Under the pieces are notes generated by a model. The model worked only from the letters and a program-made list of their open reading frames with translations. It was not told where the DNA came from and made no database searches. Positions 54,864 through 64,000 of a stretch of DNA of 64,000 bases are shown here, in pieces (within the stretch, counting starts at the first letter, position 1; each line of letters starts with the position of its first letter). Made by a program: the position numbers and the translations under genes. Source of the DNA: Eledone cirrhosa (taxonomy: Eukaryota); the NCBI GenBank assembly GCA_964016885.1, contig OZ024741.1, positions 253,518,001 through 253,582,000 on the forward strand, given 5' to 3'.

Positions 54864-55075
54864 TTTAGACACAAGGCCAACAATTTTGGGGCAATTTTGG
54901 GGCAGTCAATAAAATCAAACCCAGTACATTACTAGTACTTTATTTTATTGATCCCATACAGATGAAAGGCAAAGCTAACCTCGGTAGGATTTGAACTCAG
55001 AATGTAAAGAACCGTAACTATATACCTCAAAGCATGTTGTCTGATGCTCTACCGATACTGCCAATCCACCACCCT
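54864..55075 (-). mobile_element. Nin/Deu-domain tRNA-SINE
   Basis: gatgaaaggcaaagctaacctcggtaggatttgaactcagaa...ccgatactgccaatccacc. Confidence 0.85.
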
Positions 55076-55556
55076 GTAGTGATTATATAATCGTTATGGT
55101 TATAGTTGTGTTGTGATAGCTGAGATTATTGTAATCGCACAGTGGCAGTGGTGATGTTATTAGTGATGGGTGAGGTGGTAGCGACCAAAGGGTTGGACAT
55201 GTGACAGTATTGATAATCAATAAAATTATCTTAAACATTTCATTACCATATTTCTAGTAAAAAAAATACTGCTTGTAGTTTTCAAATCATTTTAAAAATA
55301 AGGAAGAATTTGGAAGGACATAGCAATTATAATGAAAATTATTGTGTACAGTGCTCAGGTGCACTACAACTCATCAAAGGTGCATGTATGCTACATAGAA
55401 TAATGTACAAATGTCAGGAAAGTGAACAGTGTATGAGTCATGATATACACATAGATACATGCATGTGTATGGAGGGGGAATATCAGGTGTAGTGTTGGCG
55501 AATTTCATGGAAGTTTTGAGGGATGCAGTGTCCCGACAGCTAAGCTAGTGTGAGTG

Positions 55557-55775
55557 TGCTGGATTGGCAGTATTGGTAGAACATTGGACAACATGCTCTG
55601 AGACATATAGTTACAGCCCTTTATGTTCTGAATTCAAATCCCACCAAGGTTAACTTTAAATTTCATTCTTCTTGAGTCAATAAAATAAAATACCAGTTAA
55701 ACACTGTGGTCGATTTAATCAACTTTCTCCCTTCCCTTCAAATTGGTGGCCTTGTGCCAAAAGTATAAAGAATTA
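55557..55775 (+). mobile_element. Nin/Deu-domain tRNA-SINE nested in a piggyBac-type MITE
   Basis: Same family as 61919-62108. Confidence 0.8.
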
Positions 55776-55924
55776 TTAAGCTGGTGTTTTGAACATAATT
55801 TTACAAAGACTCTTACATAAGAATATGGTGGAAGGTTTCTAGATATATATAAACACTTTAACCATTTTGTTACCATATTTCTAATGAAAGATACTGCCTA
55901 TAGTTTTTAAATCATTTTAAAAAT

Positions 55925-56106
55925 AATTGTTTCTACTTTTTGGCACAAGGCCAGCAATTACCCAGTACATTACTGGTACTTTATTTTATCGACCCCGTAA
56001 GGATGAAAGGCAAAGTCAACCTCGGCGGGATTTGAACTCAGACCGTAAAGGGACATAACTATGCTGGAAAGCATGTCGTCGAACTCTCTACCGATACTGC
56101 CAATCT
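55925..56106 (-). mobile_element. Nin/Deu-domain tRNA-SINE nested in a piggyBac-type MITE (about 55862-56298)
   Basis: Reverse complement of 62120-62305. Confidence 0.85.
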
Positions 56107-57483
56107 ATGAACAATTAGAACAGATTTAGTAATAAGACTAACATTATTATTACTGAGTCTATGTTTGGAACATATCTTATCAAAGGTTCTTACATGAAAT
56201 TATTATAGAAGATTTTTAGATAGATATAGATACTTTAAAATATACATCTTAGTATCAGAGAACTGGGGCTGGTTTCATGAGATTTGGTATTAAAAGGTTT
56301 AACATTAGTTAGTCCAATACCCACTCGGTTCTGTCAAGAACACAGAGTAAACCCCTCAAGATTTAACCCACAGCTATATTGAGAGGACTCTTCAGTTGTG
56401 TCAAGAACATGCAACCTCCCTAATGTTGGTAATCTACATGATAAACACACCCAGTACACTCTGTAAAGTGGTTGGTGATAGGAAGAGTATCCAGCTAAAG
56501 AATATTTGCTAAAGAAAGAGTCAGGAAAACTGTTTAGTTGTGTCAAAGACATGACAACCTCCTTAGTGCTGGTGGCATGATAAAATGTACTTGGTAGAAC
56601 ATGAGATCCTATCTAAGTGGAATGTAGGCACCTGGATCATCAAAGTACTTGGTAATGTGCATATGCAAGTGAGATGTGGATCTCTAACCTGTCTGAGAGG
56701 TCAGTAGCTTTGCTTGATTATTGACTTTGTCTTTGACAAACCATTCAATCCTTGCTAGTAAAGAAAATGGATGTTAAATGATGATGGTGATGGTAATCAT
56801 CATCATCATCATCATCATCATCATAAAGCAAGATTCAGTACTTGTTTGCAAAGTACAGTATATTTTTGTTCATTATTAACTGGTGGTTTCAATGTTAGAT
56901 TATGTTTCGGAGGCTCTCTCATTCAATTGTTTTGCTTATTTAACCCTAGGTCAGCCCTTATTGTGTAGACCTAATGATCACATTCCACCCATGAACATCC
57001 CATTACAAAGATCTTTCAATCAATAGATTAATAATTCTCATTTGTGTGTGATAAGGCTGGTCCATGGAATTACAGGTACAATTCATTTTTGCCAACTGTG
57101 TGGACTGAAGCAAAGTAAAAGTTTCTTGTTCAAAGAAACGAGCTCACAACCCTATAATCATGAGCTGAACATCATAACCACTAAGCCACGCTCCTTCACC
57201 ACTATTAATAATATGTATTATATATATATAATACTGACACAAACGTGGATAATCATGCGTAAAGAAAAAGATTCAATTATTGTCACCATGATATGTTCAC
57301 CAAAGTTGTGCAGCAGAATTTAGACGCATAATATTTACATTGCAAATGCAATAATATATATATATGTATGTATATATGTATGCATGTATGTATATATGTA
57401 TGCATGTATGTATGTATGTATGTATATATGTATGTATATATGTATGTATATGTATGTATGTTTATATATGTATATATATTTAT

Positions 57484-57813
57484 GGAGGTGCATGGCTTAG
57501 TGGTTAGAGCATTGGGCTTGTAATCGAAAGGTTGTGAGTTCAATTCTCAGACCGGGTGATGTGTTGTTTCCTTGAGCAAGACACATTGCTCCAGTTTACT
57601 CAGCTGTAGAAATGAGATGATAGGAACTGGGGTCTATATCATTCCACTGCAAAGTGGTCGTGGAGGTGTCACGGCAAAAAGGCACCCAGCACTCACTGTA
57701 AATGAGGTTGGTGTTAGGAAGGGCATCCAGCTCTAGAAATTAAGCCAGAATCAGTTCCCGTCCCACCCTTGCAAGCAGGGAAAAGTGGATGTAAAATGAT
57801 GATGATGATGATG
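57484..57813 (+). mobile_element. Full-length tRNA-SINE with RTE-derived tail
   Basis: A box tggcttagtgg, B box gagttcaattc, ccttgagcaagacac core, RTE 3' UTR type A (internally deleted) and (GAT)n. Confidence 0.87.
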
Positions 57814-57889
57814 ATATATATGTATACATCTATATATACAAATACATCCATTCATCTATATATATATGTAAACGAAGATGATGATGATG

Positions 57890-57931
<42 letters not shown>

Positions 57932-58011
57932 CATATATCTATACATATATATATCTATACGAATATATTCATATATATGTATACATATTCATATATATGT
58001 ATACCTATATA

Positions 58012-58073
<62 letters not shown>

Positions 58074-58494
58074 TATACATATATATATATATACATACAC
58101 ACATATATATATACATACACATATATATATATATATATATATACATGTATATATATTTATACAAATTAATATAAATGCGTGCTGCAACATATACAGAAAT
58201 CTCAGCATTTTTCGCTGGTGCAGTTGAACAACTGTAAATCTATATATATGCACCACATAATGTGCAGTGCAAAATAAATGCAATTGTATGCAGATGTGCA
58301 TTCGTGTATAAAGAAACTGTGCCATTGCAAAGCATTCAGTTGTTAATAAATATCTATTTCCATGTGTGCATACATAACAAATCTATTTGCAGCTGCAGAA
58401 ATCGATGCAATGAGCATCATGTGTGTGTCAGTGCACCTTTGTTTGATGTGTTACTTTGTAAAAACCTATTTAGTCCTCGTTGTTGTTGTTGTTG

Positions 58495-58705
58495 TTGTTG
58501 TTCAGCCTCCATATCAACCCTGAGTCAGCAGTCTTATGGTAAAAAATATTCCAGTCATGACCATCCCACCTTTTATTACAGATGTAGTGCATCTATATTA
58601 CATACAGTAATGTGCCCTGTGTGTATGTGGGAGGGTGGGTGGTTACATGGTGGTTTAGCTACTATTTCTAGCAGGTTGACAAACCATGTAAAAGCTCCCA
58701 TGTTG
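58495..58705 (-). mobile_element. Dispersed SINE-like repeat with (AAC)n tail
   Basis: ccag.catgaccatccc...gctatttctagcagg module also at about 25880-25955, 50700-50900, 58915-58980 and 59400-59520, and in the opposite orientation at 59770-60100. Confidence 0.55.
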
Positions 58706-58989
58706 ACTTGCTGTTGTTGTCATTGTTGTTGTTGTTGCTGTTGTCATTGTTGTTGTTAGTATTGTCATTGTTGTTATTGTTGTTGCTGTTATTGTTGTCA
58801 TTGTTGTTATTGTCATTGTTGTTATTGTTATCATTGCTTTTTGTCATTGTTGTTATTCTTTTTGTCAATATTGTTATTGCTTTCATTGTTATTGTTGTTG
58901 TTGTCATTGTTGTGGTTAAGCCTCAAGTCAACCTTCATTAAGCAGACCTATGATCAAAACAATCCAGCCATGACTCTCCCTTCTTCTTA

Positions 58990-59345
58990 CCCACTTATAT
59001 TCCCGAGACAGTCGTGGGGACAGAGTCCTCAATCACTCCTTCCAGTGGGTCCTGTCAGAAGCAACCATCTCCAACTGATCCCACTGGATCCCCAAGTGTG
59101 ACCAGACAAGCTCATAGATGTTATCCAAATATGTTGCTCGGGGTCCACGCCTGGATCTCTTGCTGGTTGGTTTTGCTCATAAAATCCCTCCAGCAATTTT
59201 TCCTGAGATATTCTAATCACATGCCCAGAGTGTGATCTTTCAGTTTGGAGAAGTAGTGGCTCTGCCTGGAGTGACTCTCTAGTCTCCGAGCTAGGCACTT
59301 TATCAAGTAATGTTACTCCAAAGACCCTTCAGAGGAATATCATTT
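58990..59345 (-). mobile_element. 3' fragment of a second RTE family (Expander/REX3-like)
   Basis: SSETRESLQAEPLLLQTERS..GHVIR.S...L matches the Expander-type C-terminus. Frameshifted. Confidence 0.7.
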
Positions 59346-60489
59346 CATGAATCTTGGGTAATGTCCAAAAGAATACAATCGCAAATACAGGTGGCCTAAA
59401 TGACTCTCCCATATTTTAAAATAATATCTCAGGACTACATTGTCCAATGTATCCTTTATTTAAGAAGAAAGGGTATGATTTGAGGGAGATTTGGTTGCTT
59501 TTTCCTATGTGTTGAATGGCTAGTAAATAAGCTGCAATTCAATGCTGTGCAAACTAATAAAGTGCAACAAGTTTACAAAAACTGTTATTTGTCATTTGGT
59601 GAATGCAATATTGTGAGTCAGCAATTACTGCAATACCATTGCAGCAATAATTGGTGCACAAAAGTGCACTGTGAATGCAAAGTTCAGTTTTTATATAGGC
59701 TATTCATTGATACTTGTATTGCATCATACAATTTACCTGTTGCTACAGCACACCACTGAATGGTACATTTATGCTAGAAATAGCTACCAATTCTCTCTCA
59801 GATTACAACTACTATCACCACAGCAACCCTGTCGGCATTACTTTGTAGTCTCAGACACCTGAAAAAAGATGGGATGGTCATCGTTGGAATTTGTTTCATT
59901 TTAGGTCTACTCAATTAGGTCAGACCTAGGGCTAAATAAGGACAACTGAATGAGAGAGTCACTATATGGCTGCTCGACCGGTTAAAAATGGCAACCAAAT
60001 TTTTCTCAAATTTTCTACTGTCTTTAAAAAAATAATATATTCTGAAATAAAGTATGCATGCAAAGATGAGATGATCACGGCTGGAATGCTTTAATCTAAT
60101 AGCAGCCATAGCAATTTATTTGTTCTCTCAGCTTGGCTTTATAGTTTTAGGATGGTTAGAATTTTTGAATTTAATACCTGTATGTATAACTTTTAAATTC
60201 TAATTACTTGCACCAAGCTAACTTTAATATGTGAAATTGGTGGGGTTGCTGTGTATTCTAATTTTTTGTGTATGAGGTGCCCCCCCCCCCCCCCCCCACC
60301 CACCCACACACAAACATGAAGTGCCCCAAACATCCCAAGATCTAAATGCAACTCTGCCTGCAACTCATGTATATTCTCATCAACTGCCTTCTTGAGGTTA
60401 GTAAGAGTGATACTACAGAAGACTCCTTTTGTCATGAACAGACAGCAGGAAATATAGTCTTTATCACCACCACCACCACCATCATCACT

Positions 60490-60526
<37 letters not shown>

Positions 60527-60923
60527 CCATCATCATTTCACTGTTTAATGTCTATTTTTCATGCTTGCATGGGTTAGATAGGTTGTCATGTTTTGTGACT
60601 AGCCAGGTCTTGCTCATATGGATCTGTTTGGGGCTTTGGTTTTCTATGGCTTGATGCCTGAACTAACATCAACCACTTTACAGGAGCTTTTTCCTGGGTG
60701 CTTTTTGTCATGTCACCACTATGACTATCATACAAAGTTGACTGTGTACTTTTCGTTTATTAACTCTGAAAAATGTGACTTGATATATAAAATGAGAATA
60801 AAGGAAATAATCAAATATATATTTATATTTCTCAAATATAAGCAATGGTTTGGACAAGTCTTTTTCTGCACAGCTTCCTTACACTTGTTGTATTCCTTTC
60901 ACATTTACTCTATGTGGTTCTGC

Positions 60924-61409
60924 CTTTGAGACAGGCAAAAATATATAGTTTGTTCACCTGTGTAGGTGGACTGATTACCCTCATTTGCATCCGAGGCTGT
61001 ATACTGTATATCTTTAGATACACAAAATTCACATAGATGTATGTATACAGCTATGTCAAAGCTAAATTCAAATTCTATTTTAAGTTGAGCCAACTTATAC
61101 AGCTTTGTATGCAAATGAGGCTAATCTGCCCACCTACACAGGTGAATAAACTATATATTTTTGCCTGTCTCAAAGTTCAGCAGTAGACAGAGGGAAGAAT
61201 TGTCCTGATGAGAACCATTTAAGTTTGAAATATATAGACAGTTATCCCCCTTAATTCTGTTAGATTCCGCTAGACGGCGCTGGTCGCCAGCCTTCTATTC
61301 ATAGCTAAGACTTGCAAAATGTTTATTTATGAAGCATACCATATATCTTTAGATATACAAAATTCACATACATGTATGTATACAGCTATGTTGAAGCTAA
61401 ATTCTAATT
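60924..61409 (+). mobile_element. Retrozyme/pLTR-like unit: 335-bp monomer with about 74-bp terminal redundancy and an 80-bp inverted 5' arm
   Basis: Direct repeat 61001-61074 vs 61336-61409, inverted repeat 60924-61003 vs 61096-61175, hammerhead inside. Confidence 0.72.
61198..61243 (+). ncRNA. Type I minimal hammerhead ribozyme
   Basis: AAUUGUC-CUGAUGA-GAAC-CAUUUAA-GUUU-GAAA-UAUA-UA/GACAGUU: 7-bp helix I, 4-bp helix II, palindromic AUAUAU helix III, cleavage predicted after 61236. Confidence 0.85.
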
Positions 61410-61417
61410 ATATATAT

Positions 61418-61872
61418 ATATTGTTATACTTGGGGAGGGTCATATTTGTGTAATATTGCCAGAATTAATAACAGAACACACTCACTGTTTGGTTGGTTTT
61501 CGCTTTTCGCTTCTGTGTCTTTTATATCGGTTAATTTAATTTATTCGGTCCTCAATGTTGCCATTGAGTGACCAACGGTCAAAAATACAGATACAATATA
61601 GACACAAACACACATATATAGTCTAACAAAGTTCTTTCTATACTATATGTGTTTGTATCTGTATTTTTGACCATTGGTCAGTCAATGGCAACATTGAGGA
61701 CCAAATAAATTAAATGAACCGATATAAAAGACACAGAAGCGAAAAGCGAAAACCAACCAAACAGTGAGTGTGTTCTGTTATTAATTCTGGCAATGTTACA
61801 CAAATATGACCCTCCCCAAGTATAACAATATTTGTTTCGACACACGATTTCATATCAAAAACCTCGCAAAAC
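61418..61872. mobile_element. Inverted pair of pseudo-LTR fragments of the 33-35 kb Penelope-like family
   Basis: 61640-61872 matches 35350-35592, and 61418-61640 is its reverse complement. Confidence 0.88.
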
Positions 61873-61884
61873 TAATTCATCGCC

Positions 61885-61918
<34 letters not shown>

Positions 61919-62108
61919 GGCGATGGATTGGCAGTATCGGTAGAGGGTCGGACGCCATGCTTTGATGCATAGCGTTACGGCCCTTGCCATTCTGAGTTCA
62001 AATCCCGCCGAGGTTAACTTTGCCTTTCATCCTTCCGGGGTCGATAAAATAAAGTACCAGTAATGAACTAGGTAATTGCTGGCCTTGTGCCAAAAGTAGA
62101 AACAATTA
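61919..62108 (+). mobile_element. Nin/Deu-domain tRNA-SINE, young copy
   Basis: A box tggcagtatcggt, B box gagttcaaatccc, gcctttcatccttccggggtcgataaaat central domain. Confidence 0.9.
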
Positions 62109-62119
62109 TATATATATAA

Positions 62120-62305
62120 CGTTGGATTGGCAGTATCGGTAGAGGGTCGGACGCCATGCTTTCCAGCATAGTTACGTCCCTTTACAATCTGAGTTCAAAT
62201 CCCGCCGAGGTTGACTTTGCCTTTCATCCTTACGGGGTCGATAAAATAAAGTACCAGTAATGCACTGGGTAATTGCTGGCCTTGTGCCTAAAGTAGAAAC
62301 AGTTA
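62120..62305 (+). mobile_element. Nin/Deu-domain tRNA-SINE, tandem second copy
   Basis: Same family, separated from the first copy by (TA)n. Confidence 0.9.
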
Positions 62306-62549
62306 TATATATATATATATACATGTGTGTGTGTGTGTGTGTGTTAGGAAAATGTTTAACTACAGTTATAGGCAGTTGACCATGCTAAGCACTCAATTCC
62401 GTTATAATGGTCTATCTCATGCTGGGTTGTATACCTGCTTACTTTTATATATATATATGCTTTTTCTCCCCCTATTTTTTTCCCATTTTTTCCTCTTCTC
62501 ACTCACCTCTATCTTTCTATTTCTTCTATTATAATTATTTCTCATTCTA

Positions 62550-62585
62550 TCTTTTGATGAAGGGCAAACATCTGAAATGTTAAGA
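62550..62585 (+). ncRNA. Decayed minimal hammerhead motif
   Basis: UCUU-UUGAUGA-AGG..UCU-GAAA-UG-UU/AAGA. C3>U and ACGU>AUGU changes are consistent with decay. Confidence 0.45.
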
Positions 62586-62929
62586 CTCTTTTCCTAAGCT
62601 CACGCTAGCATAACAAATTGGACAGTAAACAGCGATGATGATGATGATATACCTTCATTGTGCAGTATCGTTTGCTTTGTTGATTTCCATTTACTTTTTG
62701 CATTTACATACATACATATATGGCAGGGGAGCAATGTGGCAGCATGCTACTACATCCTTCTCTGTCAAAGGGTACCAGTGAATATGGAATACTCAATAAG
62801 TTAGTCAAAACAACTGAAATATTCATCTTGGAAGAACCAAGAAAAGGAAAGAGAGTTTGTCCGAGTGTCTGAGTGTCTGAGTGTCCGAGTGTGTTAGGCT
62901 TCATAGTTGGTGGCCTAGTATTGATAGTG

Positions 62930-63394
62930 GTGGTGTGAGGGAGGAAGGAGTGAGAATGAGAGAGATAATGGGGGTGGAAGGGTGAGATTAGAATAAAAGA
63001 GAAATAAATGGGGGGTGAAGGGGAGGCAAACTATGGGAAAAGGAGGGGAGGAATAGGGAGACAATGGAAGAAGAAATTATAGGGCATTGTGAGGGATAGT
63101 GGGAGGAAGTGAAGGAACATAGAGAGAGGAGAGGAACAAGTGAGAAGAAGGTGTAAGAAAAGAGAGACTTATGGGGAATGAGAAAAAGAAAGAGGTTGAA
63201 GAGCTAGTGTGAGAGAGAGAGGAAGAGAGAGAGAGAGAATAGGTAGGGAGAGTGAAAAAAGATGAATAAAGAAGAGTAAAATTGAGAAAGAGAGAGAAAG
63301 AGTGGTTACAGTAAAAGAAGTATAAGATTGTGGTTGAGGGGAGGATGACAGAAAGAAAGGGAGAGATAGAATGTGTGTATGTCAGAGAGAAAGT

Positions 63395-63443
<49 letters not shown>

Positions 63444-64000
63444 AGTGTGTGAGAGAGAGAGTGTGTGTGAGAGAGAGAGAGAACGAGGTGGGGGAGAAAC
63501 AGAAGGGGAGGTGCAGTGAGAGATAGAAAGTAAAACTACAAATTAAAAAGGGAGAAAAACAGAGAGAAAAATGATGAGTTTTTTTTTTGTTTTGTTTTTT
63601 TCAGAAAAGGAAGAGGAAAGAAAAGTGAGAGAGTAGAAAATGTTGAGATAGAAATGTTCAGAAAAGAAATGAAGAGAGTATGACAGTAGAAATGGTAAGA
63701 CTATAGAGAGAGGGGGACAAAGGAACAATGAGTGAGGTGTAGTAAAAGTAGAGATGGTATAACTATAGAGAGAGGGGGTTGTAGTAGTAGGAATGATAAG
63801 ACTATAGAGAGAGGAAGAAAAGGAGCAGTGAGTGAGGTGTAGTAAAAGTAGAAATGGTAAGACTATAGAGAGAGGGAGAAAAGGAGGAGTGAGGTGATGT
63901 AGTAAAAGTAGAAATGGTAAAACTGGTGGTGGTGGTGTAGTAGTAATGGTGTAGTGGTGGTGGTGTAGTGGTGGGGGTGGTGTAGTAGTGGTGGTGGTGA
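62930..64000. repeat. Purine-rich (GA)n low-complexity region with a 70-bp-scale repeat and terminal (GGT)n
   Basis: gtagtaaaagtagaaatggtaagactatagagagagg repeated at 63680-63920. Confidence 0.85.

Noticed and set aside
57484-57555. tRNA gene
   Set aside because: The tRNA-like head continues into a SINE core and RTE tail; the acceptor stem is imperfect and there is no terminator.
58170-59760. TGCA-rich segments giving Cys-rich ORFs (58262-58759, 59547-59759)
   Set aside because: No consistent Cys spacing or recognisable domain. Likely old repeat sequence.

Overview
Repeat-dominated, AT-rich metazoan genomic DNA, most likely an octopus or other coleoid cephalopod. This is inferred from the RTE LINEs with (GAT)n tails, the Nin-domain SINE family and the extreme microsatellite load; the species cannot be fixed from sequence alone. 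I found no intact host gene, only weak candidate minus-strand exons. The window holds: (i) at least six decayed RTE-clade LINE copies whose reverse transcriptase carries a C4HC3 PHD finger inserted between RT motifs; (ii) one frameshifted Penelope-like element (Naiad-like RT plus GIY-YIG) with a hammerhead in its pseudo-LTR; (iii) dispersed short non-coding elements carrying type I hammerhead ribozyme motifs, four with intact cores and helix I plus several decayed ones, from several unrelated sequence families, usually embedded in (TA)n and often folded back with the inversion junction at the ribozyme core, including a 335-bp terminally redundant retrozyme-like unit; (iv) tRNA-derived SINEs, piggyBac/Tc2-type MITEs, two non-autonomous Helitrons, a solo LTR, and R4/Dong-, CRE- and Expander-like LINE fragments; (v) large mini- and microsatellite blocks that account for nearly all long ORFs in the supplied track. 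All structures were folded and aligned by eye, and element boundaries are approximate unless stated.
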